In this document: piece after piece, positions 38,076 to 50,397 of the stretch
How the letters are laid out: each line of letters opens with the position of its first letter
Numbering within the stretch: the first letter of the stretch is position 1
DNA from: Callorhinchus milii
Taxonomy: Eukaryota
DNA length: 64,000 nucleotides
Direction of reading: 5' to 3'
Assembly (NCBI RefSeq): GCF_018977255.1
Contig: NW_024704742.1
Span: 115,384,001 to 115,448,000, forward strand
Position numbers and translations under genes: made by a program
Notes under the pieces: generated by a model
Told to the model about the DNA's origin: nothing
Databases searched by the model: none
What the model saw: only the letters and a program-made list of their open reading frames with translations

Positions 38076-39940
38076 TTGTTCTTATAGCTATGCTAATCAT
38101 TCAGTGATAGTACATGATTTCCATACGGTGTGGGATGATTTGGGATCATTTTTAACTGTGACTCGTGTAACCAGACTTTAACAATATCAGACTTCCATGA
38201 CTTTTTATTTACCTGGATCAAATTGCTGATAAGATTTGCAAGATTCTATGGTAATCTTTCTGGTATATGGTAATCTGGGAAGAGTCAAATGAAGCAGCAG
38301 GAATCGTTCTGGACAGTTTTACCCAGGATTAGGTTAAGTTTAATACCCAAGAGATTCCCAAAAATGGGATAAGTGTCAATAAATTGTAATGAAGATGACA
38401 TTTGAGCTTGTACTATTATTCACGCAGCCAGTTGTTTGCTCAGCATTATGTTCTCTTAAAAATGTCACTTCAATTATCTATCACTTGATCTTTCCCCTCT
38501 CCAAAATGTCTCCCTCCTGAGGCACTGACTTATTCTGGGGTTTGGTTTCACATGTGCTAAAGTAATCGTCCTTAGGCAAGTTTTAGACATCGTAGACCTG
38601 ATATTGCACCTAGTTTTATTATATCTTGACATTTAAATATTGTGAAAAATTCTTAAAATCAGTCTTATTTAGAATTCAGTTTATTGCAGTTCTTAAGAAG
38701 AAAATGGCTTCTAAATTAAGACTGAGTTCAAGAATGTCATAGCTGCAATCTTTCAAATGTCCAGTGTATTAAAAGAAGGCCCTGCCTGTCTGTTCAGGTG
38801 GATGTTAAGGATTCCATGGCATTATTCGAATACAAAAGGGAGTTTCTCCAGCTTTCCTGGTCAACAGTACCCCAGGTTAGTCTGTCATTCATCTCATGAC
38901 GATTTGAGACATTTTGCTTTTGAAACTACCTGCGATATCTGCTTCCAAAACAAGTCAATACACTTGACAGAAATTATTTGTGAGACGCTGTGAGACATTT
39001 CAAAGTGATAATAACCCTATAAAAGTGCAGGTTTTTCTTTCTTGTGGAAACAGCGCGGTGCTTGACTCAGTTAAGGTCGATTCAGCGGCCAATTCAGGGG
39101 AATGTAAAGATTTTGTTTTTGTCATTTGCAATGCTCTAAATTTTAGCAAAGAATTTATGTTTGCCATTTGGTGCATGGAGCATTCTCAGATGCTGCCCTT
39201 TTCAGCATAATTTCTCCCCTCTTTGATATGCAGATTACATCAGAATTATTCAACAGTTGCACAAATCAAAGCTGTAAGGTAAACAGCGAGAAAATGAAAT
39301 GGAAATGAAGCTGTCGGAGCAGGTGACCTGCACTAATGTCAGGGCACAGATGGAGCTTTGCATGTACTCCCCCTCCCTCCCCCCACTGCCCCCTCCAGGC
39401 TTATGGAAATGAAGAGCCAGCTGGGAGCTGCTTTTAGAGGAAGCTAACAACACAGTCTGAGTAAATGGGCCATCTCATTAGCTTCAACTCAAGTTACACC
39501 CCGATTGCCATTTAGCAATAGATTAAGAAATAATCATTAGGTCGTAATGTATAAATTCTGCTGGACAAATGTGAAATTTTATTTTGCCTAAAACTATCAA
39601 AGTTTGTTATTTCAAGACGTTGACAAGGAGTGTGTTGGCTGAAGGGCTGTGCTGATGCACACAGGCAGAGAACGCTGCCATGGGAAGGTCAGAGATTCAG
39701 TTTGGTTCATTTTTTAATTGTTTTTTGTATCTAAAATCCGCAGATTTATTTTTACACTTGTGCTGCTTTGCGCTTGAATGTGCTTCATTGCATACATGGC
39801 ACTGCAACCTCATTTTGTTTCCTTTCTGCATATATTTTCATAGGAACTAAGCATTTTCCTTGTTATTTTAATGCAAAGTCATAATTCTAATCTTCAATTT
39901 GTTTGCTCAGTTATTGCGATCACTTTAATCATTTAAGTCC

Positions 39941-40302
39941 AGAGTCCTGTGGCATAGTGGTTGGAGAGCTCAACACGCAAGCGAGAGAATCCGGATTCGA
40001 TTCTCGGGCAGGGCGAAACCTTAGGCAAGTTTCCTTACTCCACACGCCTCTGTTTACCTAGAAGTAAGTAGGAACCCGGTTGTGAGTCGATTGGCAGATC
40101 GCTAACCAAGGGCAATAATCCCTTCAAAATAAATAAATTATTCAGTCAATTCATGACTGTTTGTGGAATATCGCTATACGCAGTTGGCTGCCGCGTTTCA
40201 CACACAAAATATACAGTCAATTCACTTTACAGTATATTCTGTGAAGCGCTTTGAGACATCTCAATGACATGATACATTGAGATGCAAGTATTATTACTAT
40301 TA
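39941..40302 (+). mobile_element. tRNA-derived SINE, long form
   Basis: Head plus extra segment 40050-40113 plus shared 3' body. Confidence 0.85.
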
Positions 40303-41242
40303 AGTCATAAAATCAGAAAAGAAGCTTCAAAATTGAACATATGAACATATTGCTATGAACTAGAAACCACCACAATAAACCATCAACAGATTACATTTGT
40401 ATGCCACCTTTCATGTCAGGAGGAAGTCCTAAGGTGCTGGACAGTCAGGGATTTGGACCACATGGATAGTTAAGTAGAACAAATATAAAACACAAATGTG
40501 TAATCTTTTCGCTTCTATCATTGGGAATTTTCTGAGCAAATATCCCTGAGAAACTTGTTCCTTATTGAAGATGTTGAACATCTCGATCTGCACAATTCCA
40601 AAGGAAATCCTATCTTCAAGTCAAATGTGAATTTGAACTTCATGATCCAGGGAGTTTTGGTCATTGCAATTTTCCTGTTCTCTCCTGAAGGCACTAAACG
40701 CTGCTGGCATGTAGATTCACATATGCCGGCAACTCACTATAGTCTAATCCAAATGGCCATTCATGCATCAGCCTGGTCATTAGTGAGGTCAGAAAGGCAA
40801 TGCAATAGTGTGTTTGGATGCTATAATATTAAATAATCCTTGCATTTAATATAACGCCTTATCATGTTGTCAAAGTTTTCCCAAGTGCTTCACAGGATTT
40901 ACTGGAAATTGTAGTGACTGTGTATTTTTGTTCTGCGTTAAGACCACTTTTGACCTGTTTTGCAATATCCAGCAGGACTCATTGAATAAGAATAAGGAGG
41001 AGAAATTCCTCCGGGGTTTAGATTTGACCTTTTTTCACAGCATTTTAGAGTTGTCAAAGATGGACAATTGTGAAAATTAAGCCAATTTGGGGTGGTTTTC
41101 TTTCCAAGAATTACAGAACACCCGTTTCAAAATTAAGACTCAATATTAAGAATTGTCCATTCTAGGCCAACGCCAATTGTTGTGCTTGCAATGCTGCCAT
41201 GGTTTAGAACAGCCAGCTCGACACAGAGCTAAAAGTTAAAAA

Positions 41243-41512
41243 TCCCTTTCAGTTCATGTACTGCCGATACTTTCTTTTCTGCTGCACGTTAACAGCAAAG
41301 GCATTCACGGAGCCATCCACTTTCTTTCCCTTTGTGGTATCAAAACCACCAAAACCCATCTGCTTCATCATTTCAATTTCTTCCTCTGTTTTCCCCTCCA
41401 TATCTGCCTCTGAAATCTGATATTCTTTTCCTGCCTTGTCATCGTTTTGCCTCGAAGGGGAATCTGAAGCAGACCTGTGTCGCCATGGAGACCTCGATCT
41501 CCTTCTGTATGG
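41243..41512 (-). pseudogene. SNRNP27: Processed, truncated pseudogene of U4/U6.U5 tri-snRNP 27-kDa protein
   Basis: Minus strand reads [89 protein letters not shown], matching the recalled SNRNP27 C-terminus (..[64 protein letters not shown]). No introns, TGA at 41251-41249 in place of Arg, N-terminus missing. Confidence 0.9.
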
Positions 41513-42229
41513 GTCAGGCCAGTCTCCTGGCCTGAATTGTCCGGTTGCACACTACACAGTGCCTTTGCCAACTAAGCTGTTGGGGGAGCTTAACTGAAAA
41601 ATAATCCGCGGGCAGAGTTCACCTGCAACAACAACAATTTACATTTGTAAAGCATCTTTCACGTCAGGAGGATGTCCCGATGCCCTCAGAAAGGCAATGC
41701 AACAGTGCATTTGCATTGCCTTTCTGAGTACCTTGGGACAGACAGTCAGGGATGTGGACCCGAGCTGGGGGGGTATTACAAAATTGTGATCGTGTATTAC
41801 AAAAATCACGGCACTTTGCAAATGTCAAACACTTTGAGATATCTTCCCGATGTGAGAGACAGTTTATCAAAATGCAAAGGTTATTATTATAATTCTCCTC
41901 CGTTGATTCAGAATGGGTCAGCGGCAAAGCAGATAATTCTGTCTCTTGTGTTGCAATGGTTGTACAACAGTTGGAAAGTAGGTTGGAAGTCCAATATATT
42001 ACATAAGGTCGGTTTGAATGAGATTGCAAGAGTAGGATCAGTGGCATTTCCATTACAAAAAAATGAAGAGCATTTTAATCTGCTATATTTCATGGAGCAG
42101 TTCATATCAAAATTTGCCCAAAAGCTGAACTCACTTGATTGTCATACCTTTTGTCGTGGAGTAAGAATTGCAAATGATAAAATTCTGAATCAGTGTGGCT
42201 GCTCTTCCCAACCTGTTATTAAAGATAAG

Positions 42230-42386
42230 CAGGGTACGTCTCTCCAAGGAAAGAGTGTGCTTTCCATTCCAAACATGGGAATTTCCATGTGTAGGTGACA
42301 TATAGTGAAATCTCAGGGTGGTTTGGATACTCTTAAACATGGTGTTGGGTTTCCACATGTGTCAGACACCCAGCCGACCAAAAAAT
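42230..42386 (+). mobile_element. 3'-end fragment of the ~600-bp A-tailed repeat
   Basis: ...GGGTTTCCACATGTGTCAGACACCCAGCCGACCAAAAAA, the reverse complement of the end shared by the other copies. Confidence 0.75.
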
Positions 42387-42512
42387 GATTAGAAATCTTT
42401 GTCTCCTTTACTTTTCCTTTCCTAATGGAATGTACAGAGCTTTAAAAAACGGGTTTGTCATCACCTAAATATTTCTTCTGACTTATCTCGAGATTTTGCC
42501 ACTCTTTTAAAC

Positions 42513-43030
42513 CAGGGTGTCCCGACTGGCAGCCCGTGGGCCGCATTTGGCCCAGGGGATGATTTCAACCGGACCGCGAACGATTTCCAACTTCATTGTC
42601 CAACGAGCAAATCCAGGCAACACAAGCCAATCAAGGTCACCAGGGTCTCGGGCTCTGCCCGGGAATGTTTCTGGCCAATCAGGAGATGGTCACCAGGAGC
42701 TCAGGGTCTGCCCGGCAATGTTTCTGGCCAATCAGGAGATGGTCACCAGGAGCTCAGGGTCTGCCCGGCAATGTTTCTGGCCAATCAGGAGATGGTCACC
42801 AGGGGCTCAGGCTCTGCCCGGCCATGTTTCTGGCCCATCAGGAGATGGTCACCAAGGGCTCAGGCCTTGCACGGCCATGTTTCTGGCCAATCAAGAGTGG
42901 GTCACCAGGGGCTCAGACTCTGCCCGGCAATGGGACTGGCCAATCAGGATAAAATATTGTTTATGTGGCCTGCAAATGTTTCTTAAATCCAACCTCCGGT
43001 CCACAGCAGCTGAAAGGTTGGACCACCCTG
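42513..43030. mobile_element. Non-autonomous hAT transposon (MITE) with internal 53-bp minisatellite
   Basis: Perfect 8-bp TSD TTTTAAAC at 42505-42512 and 43031-43038; TIRs CAGGGTGTCC.. / ..GGACCACCCTG. Confidence 0.9.
42625..42950. repeat. 53-bp tandem repeat, ~6 units
   Basis: Unit TTTCTGGCCAATCAGGAGATGGTCACCAGGAGCTCAGGGTCTGCCCGGCAATG; CCAATC phase positions 42675, 42728, 42781, 42834 (variant), 42887, 42940. Confidence 0.95.
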
Positions 43031-43894
43031 TTTTAAACCATTAGTGATGCACTGCAATATGGGTGTCACCCTTCACTTGGATTCATGAATTTTAACAAAA
43101 AGCAATTGTGGGTTCCTCGTGAACTTTGAACAATATTTTCTTTTGCCATGTGTAATCTACAGCTGCATTTGTTTATTTTTAATTTAAAAAATGTTAAATC
43201 CAAGTCACAGTAGCAAAAGGTCACAGAACTCCATTCAAGCTAATCCTAAAGATTTGTCTGAGAGATGACTTTGAATTTGCTTGCATCACTTAGCTCTACA
43301 CGGGATATGAAGGGATGAGGGGACAAGATGGGGAAATGGGATTTCAAGTTACAATAATAATATTAATCCTTGAATTTGATATAGTGCTTATCAAACCATT
43401 GAAACGTCTCAAAGAGCTTCTCAGGAGTTCTACTGTGAAATGTAGTGATTGTGAGCTGATAAAATAGCAGAAAATTCTCGAAGATCTGAATAGCCTGTTC
43501 TTCTTCCTATCTGCCTGAATCTGTTTTAACTGCCATTTTGAGTTCAGCAATGTAGGTACCTGTAAGATGATAGTCTGCACACTCAAGACATGCTTACAAA
43601 ATGGTAGAGACGTGAATTATTCATTATCAGGGGTCCCCCATTCTAAACATACACAGATAAAATGAAACCGGTTAATGAAATTGTAGGACCTTTTGAGAAA
43701 TTGCATATCTTTAACCTCAGAGCCAGATAAACTGAATATTAAGTTGTACTTATTTAATTTCTGCCTGTGTTCCATGAAGGCAGGAAGAATAGATATTTTG
43801 GTGCTCTGTTAATCGAATGCTAGAGATCAAAATAGGAATTAAAATGAATTAACATGAAAACAGTAACTTATTCAATTTATATTTACTCCATAAG

Positions 43895-44360
43895 TGCCAC
43901 CTCGTCCTCCTGGACCTCTCCGCCGCATTGACAGTTGACTATGCCATCCTCATTCATCGCTTCTCCTCCCTCATCCACCTTAGTGGGACCGCACGAGCCT
44001 GGTTGAGTCCTACGTAACAAACCGCCTTCACTTCATCTCTTCAAACAGTTTCTCCTCCTGCCCCCTCCCAGTCACCTGTGGCATACCCCAGGGCTCCATT
44101 TGGCTTCCTCCTCTTCCTCATCTATATGTTCCCTCTTGGCGATGTCATCCGCAGACACGGGGTAAACTTCCACACGAATGTGGATGACTCACAAATCTAC
44201 TTCTTCTCCAGCTGCGACGACTCCAGGTCCTGGCTCTTGCGTACCTCTCCGACCTGCTTGTCCTCCAACTCACTACCTGCTGGCTACCTTGACTGGCTCC
44301 GGTCTTCTGAATGCTCCTCATGCCTTCCATTACACTATCGGTATCCATGCTTTCAGCCAA
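43895..44360 (+). mobile_element. L2 LINE reverse-transcriptase fragment, degenerate
   Basis: [61 protein letters not shown] (decayed YADD region). Confidence 0.85.
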
Positions 44361-46414
44361 GTGAAGTTCAGATTTGGGTTTGATTTGAGACTGCATCTTG
44401 AATTATATTATGATAAATAAAAATGATAATCCTTGCATTTGGTTATAGCACCTTTCACGTCTTGAAGTACTACACAGGATTTACTGTAAAGTGCAGTAAG
44501 TGTGTGTTTTCTAGGCGCAAACAGCAGGTAATTTGCATCCAGTAATATCCCACAAACAGCCATAGAGTGAGTGACCAATTTTATTTGGGGGATTGTTGGC
44601 CAGGACAGATATTCTGGCAAGATATCACTGAGGGTAACAAGATGCAGATTATAGGAGGGAGTTGATGAGTTCCCTAGTTTTGTGATGGGAGAAAAAAGTT
44701 TTCAGAGCGGTGCCAGCGCTAGACTTAGCTCCTCCATTACAATAATGTAATCCCAATTCCTACCATGTACTGTACTGTGCAATATTCCCCATGAAACGAT
44801 TATCCATTTCCTTGTTCCAAATTGTTGAGGTCTCAGCTTCAACAGGCACTTGTAACGAATGACACATTGAGCTTGTGGGGTCTATTATGTGCTCTTTTAA
44901 ACTAAGTATCACCTTTTTTGTTACTCTTTGACAAAGGCAGCTTCTTTTATGGTTTGGTTAATTGTTGTATAATGTTCTGCTTTAGTGCCAGATGCAATTT
45001 CTGTCATCACGTTGGTGTTCGTTTCTCAGTTTACAAAACTTCAGATTTTATGAGACACATTGCTAGAGCAGGATAATCCTTCAACATCCGTTAGGTTCTG
45101 AAGTAGCAGCATGCACATCTGCTCTAACACTGTTCTGTTTAATTAATGTCTTTAGATGATGCACATTTCTGATAGAATGAACGTTCCCCCTCCCCGCCCA
45201 CCCCGAGTCAAAGCAATCACAGCACGTGCAACCACATTTCAAAGGCTTCCTTTAATAAAATGACACTGACATGCACTTTCTAGTATCTGTTTGACTATTT
45301 TTCCATGCCAGTTTAGAATAGCTTTATGACTTTATCAAAGAAAAATCCTATAGGTATGATAGAATCTGTAGTATTAACACTTGTAATCCATAAACGTTAA
45401 GATTTAGACAGTTATAATCTTAGATTTTATTAGCGTGAGACAGGTCAAACCAGAGTCGTGTATGTTTTTGTTACCTAAGTTGACCAGTAAAATTATCTGG
45501 GTGTTTTATTTGCAGGAAAATCTCATCAAATCCCATGGAATCCTATTAAATTCTATATAAAATCACAGAATAGAAGTTGTGTTTTGCTCAGAAAGATCCT
45601 ATTGAATTGCTTTCCAAAAACTTGCTGGAAAATGTGAAATGTATTGAGCATTTGAAATGTATTAAAATGTATTTTGCCAAAAAATACATTCTAAAAATAA
45701 TTTGTTTGGTTGCGAGTGGGTGTTGGGTGCATTGTTTTGCTGAGAACAGGTGTCAAATATCAGGGATGAAAAGTAGTTAACCTTGCTCAGCTCTTAAGAA
45801 ATGGCATATAAAGCAAAGTGTCATCCCAATTTTGAATTGAGTTTGCATAATGGCCGTTTAGAAGTGGAAAACTACTGAGATAATTTTGAAACTAAGGAGT
45901 CTAATACAGTGTTTTCTAAAAGCATCAGAAAATATAGAATCCCACAGAACTCCACTCAGATGCCATTGTCATCTCCGACCTTCATGAGGTTGGATTATGG
46001 CCAAAGAGAGGTAACCAGCAGGAAATTGGTGTCTTAATTTTCGTTGGGACAGACACACATCCGAGTGCTTGCAGGATTCCATATTTTCAAATCCCTTTAT
46101 GAATCCCCCAAATTAAACTCCAGAAAATGATTGGAAATTGTTCATGTCCTAGTGGGTAGTGCTCCAGAAAATATTATTCTACCCTAAATGGTTATTCTTT
46201 GTGTGTGAGCCTGATCAGCGAATGTCAATGAGAAATTCAACAATAGGGGTGGTGTATTACAGTTGACTTTGGTTCTTTCCTGAGTCAACATCCGTAAACC
46301 TCAGCTTTCAAAGGTTTCTGAATCGTGATCCAAACTGAGACCCTTAGCAGAATTTTCCCTTCCAAAGGCCAAGTTACCAGGATCAATTTTACAGTCCCAT
46401 CATTATGAAATTAG

Positions 46415-46740
46415 GCACTTGATTTACAAGGAGAGGTTGCAGAAGCTGGGAATGTTCCCATTAAAAGAGAGAAGGCTCAAGAGCGATTTTACTGCATTGT
46501 TCAAAATCCTAAAGCATATTGGTGAACTGAACCTTAATTATATGTTTAACATGGTCAAAAAAATCTGTAACAAAGGAACATGGACTGAAGCTTGGCAGAG
46601 GCGAGGTAAAGAGAAAATGTAATTAATTTAATGAATATTTGGAATAACCAGTGCAGGAAAAATTCTGGAAATTCAAGAGAGAATTAGATTGCTGTTGGTG
46701 AATAATTCAATTGAGTATGAGGGATAGAGTATTGTAGGAT
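46415..46740 (+). mobile_element. CR1 LINE ORF2 C-terminal fragment
   Basis: YKERLQKLGMFPLKERRLKSDFTALFKILK, a CR1 signature (YEERL..LGLFSLEKRRLRGDLI..YKILK). Confidence 0.8.
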
Positions 46741-49176
46741 TCATTGTTTTACATTGGAATGGCCAGATGGATCCCAATGATCTTTGCTATCAGTGCTCTA
46801 GTTAACTTAGTACACATAAAGAACCCTTTAGGATATCGTAAATCTGTATGGCTCAGTACCATGACATTCTGGATTGGTATGGTTCAATACCAGACTGGAG
46901 CTTGCATTTTGCATTTACCACTGAGTCACCGGAGGAGCTGTCAAGTGCAGTATTTCTCACAATTCATAACTCTCCTTAAAGCCATATGGAGGCTTAGGCT
47001 GACTTTAACGTGTGATATGAATTCATAATGATTCCCAAACAGAGCAAGGAGATAGCTTCTTTGACTCCAAGGATTTATTTGCTGACTTGGAAGATGGATG
47101 ATAGCAGATGTTCACATGATGTGTGACTGGAATAGTAACTCGGCCTATGCGTTGGGCATCATTAGCACTGAAAGAGCAGCATGGAAACCTGGGATAAGGG
47201 CTAATAGTGGGACTGGCATAGGTACCCATCAATATTTTAGAATGAGAAATCTATTTCAGAACTGTAACAGCTCTCGGCGTTATATTATAATGAAAATTTT
47301 TTGGTCTGGTCACTCAGCAGCATTTATCATTCTGTGACTGTGTCTCTTTTGACTGTAAGGCTCTTTATTTGGAGAGAGTGTTGGAAATCTCAATTCCATG
47401 AGGGAACTGGACCACCAATGCAGTGAAAATTGCTGTACTCTCTCAGAGAGCCTATAAAGATGACTGGTGGTGCGTAATTGTCCTGTTATATCTGACCTGG
47501 TTTAACTTCATACAAGAAGTGCACTGCAGCATGTGTCTCTGTCTTCAGGAGATGGGCGAGAGGGCACCCCTGGAAGGGAGGGAATTTTTAGCAAGAAGCT
47601 TGTACGTTTATTCAGACTGAACAATATGTTAGTAATCTCTGAACTCTTAGGTTTTACTTTTTAACATGACAATTTTCTGATTGAGGAACACACTCGAAAT
47701 GTTGAACCAATCTGTCTCCTTCACATGCTGATCAACCTGCTGTGAATTAACAGCATTTTCTTCTTGTAAATATCCTATTTGTTTAATTGTTTGTTTGTGA
47801 AAAAAAATCCTTTAAGGTTCCTTCCTAAAATGTACGAGAACATTGTGAGAAAGGCTGTTAGACCTATACATCAGCTCTGAGTATACCGTTAAGTCAGCGA
47901 TAGTGAACGGGGATTAATTGACAGAAAGAATCTAACTCAGAGATGGGGGCGAGAAAATTCTCACCTCATCAGGTCATTGACTTGGTCACCTTCCTCCTCC
48001 TGGCTCGGCCCCAGGATCCGTTATTGTGAAGTGCTCTGAGACACCGTCCGGCGTGGAGGGCGCTATATGAATCCAAGTTGGTGTTGACTTGGGCTTGAGG
48101 AAAGACACTTCCCACAAAGCTGTAAAGTGAATGATGCATGAATGACTAGGACATTGGGAGAAGCACCCTTGTTTTTTCAATAGCACCCCCGCCACCCCAC
48201 CAGCCTGAACTCGATGTGGATTTTGAAACAGCAAACTTGTGACTCAGAGGTGAGAGTGCTGAATGCTGAGCCAGGATGACACCTGCTTTACAGTATTACT
48301 GTGATGTGCTAAGAGATGTTTCAATGTGATAAAGCTCTGAAAATGAATGTTCTTTCTTTCTCTTTAGATTCTGGCACTGTACAGCCATACTCGGTGGAGT
48401 AGTCTCAAATGTCACTCATTATGCTTCCAGCTCATGCAGGCAACTAGCAGATAAGGAGTGCTTTGAGTCATAATTAGTTTTCCTCAAAAGTACCTGCACT
48501 CAATCCGTAGATTATTAATGAGGATGATTACAGAAAAGAGCAGTAATGGTACCGCATAGAAATTATTTATGATCCAGCGTCAATCTAGGACATGACCTAC
48601 TCCTAGGGGAACTTACTCACTTTTTTTATTGTCTTTTACTCAATCCTCCATTATTGCAGTTGCCAGTGTCAAAATATGTTTTTTATATATGCATCCAAAA
48701 ATAAAATCATTTAACATAATCACACATTAATTGTTGCGGTATACCTGCAGTCATAAAACATTGCACAGGGCACCCATAAAAACATCCATAAGTCCTTTGA
48801 ATTGACACAGGCAACTAGGATGTCAGCTCCTCAAAAACATTTATGAGATCTATCTGACAATAATGCCTTTTCTGAAGACATGTTCGTTGTCATTTTATAG
48901 GTTATTTTTAGGATTGTCTGGATTGATACAAAATGGTAAACATTGCTATTCGATAATATTTTTTCCTATATTCTGCAATCTGACCCGAATGCATTTCCAC
49001 TGGTTAAAAAAAATCTGTTTTTCTAATGTTTTTAATCTAATTTTTGAGTACTAAAATAGCCGACCACAGAATAAATGGTGGGAGTGCTGGAAAAAGCACT
49101 TCAGGGGGTAAAGTGCATCTTGTGAAGAAAACTCTCATTAGACAACACTGACCTGCGTAAACGCTGCTTTTAAGAT

Positions 49177-49780
49177 ACAATGCAATACAAATTACATTTG
49201 TATAGCGCCTTTCACATCGAGAGGACGTCCAAAGGCGCTGGACAGTCGGGGATTTGGACCCGAGCTGGGGGTAGGGATTGGGGGGGATGGAGTGCAAGAG
49301 GGTAGCCGAAGGCTCGGGTCGAAAAGGAGGGTTTTGAGACGTGCCTTGAAGGAGGTAAGGGAGGGAGCGAGGTGAAGGGACTGTGGGATGGAGTTCCATA
49401 TGGTGGGGGCAGAAAGGCTGAAGGCCTGGCTGCTGATGATCGAGTGGGCAGGTGGGGGACGTGGAGCAGGCCAGAGCCTGCTGAGCGGAGGGAATGGACA
49501 GATGATATGGGGTCATCAGGTCGCAGAGGTAGGGAGGGGCAAGGTGTGGAAGGTCCTGAAGGCAAGGACGAGGAATTCGAATGCTATCCTCTGAGGAATG
49601 GGGAGCCAGTGGAGCCGGGCGAGGGTGGAGGTGATGGGGTCACAGAGCCTAGTGTGGGAGAGGATACAAACTGCAGAGGTCTGAATGATCTGCAGCTTGT
49701 GAAGGGAAGAGATGGGAAGGCCGACAAGCAGGGAATTGCCGTAGTTGAGCCTAGATGTGATGAATGCATGGATGAGGGTA
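49177..49780 (-). mobile_element. L2 LINE 3' fragment
   Basis: HAFITSRLNYGNSLLVGLP..LHKLQIIQTSA...DPITSTLARLHWLPIPQR on the reverse strand; terminal stem-loop. Confidence 0.9.
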
Positions 49781-50397
49781 TATTCTGACTAGAATAGCAA
49801 AATTCTCACGGAACATACATAGGTTCCCTGCATGAGACATACTTTTAAGTACTGAGATGCTTTTTCCAGCATTTGTGTTATTTACATTGTTGTTTTCCGA
49901 TTAAAGCATGTTTTCAACCTAGGGTTACGTTACTGATCATGAATTCTGTGTAAGTGTATGTTACCATCTCCTGGTTCATCAACAGGGCAAGCGTTGAACA
50001 AAATGTCTCAAATGGCCTGGCTGTTACAGCTGGTTCTGCTGTGTGTGTGGATTAAATTCAGTAACAGATAGTGATACTTTAACATCTGTCCTTTCATCAC
50101 AGACTGCCTGGAAAACTGGGTCAATATGAAGGTCCACAGGAGAACACATTGTCTCCTACACTGCAAATGGCAGCAGAATTGAATTTGCTCTTTGTGCTAT
50201 TAATTTGAAAAAATGGTCAGGACTTATTTTTTTAAATGTCTGGTAGATTAAGAGTAGAATCTCACTAATAGCATAATTAGTGATCTTGCTCTATAGCTCA
50301 GACATCCTGTCAAAGGCACAGCATAACTTTAAGGTAAAACACAGCATATACTGTTCAGGATATGCCCAGCAACTACAGTAGATTATATTTAGCAGCC

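Noticed and set aside
41672..42298. 208-aa ORF
   Set aside because: It runs across an L2 tail, a SINE tail and the A-tailed repeat, with no protein-like motif or splice support.
42517..43044. 175-aa repetitive ORF or CRISPR-like array
   Set aside because: The 53-bp units have no unique spacers and the period is not a multiple of 3. It is a minisatellite within a MITE in a eukaryote.
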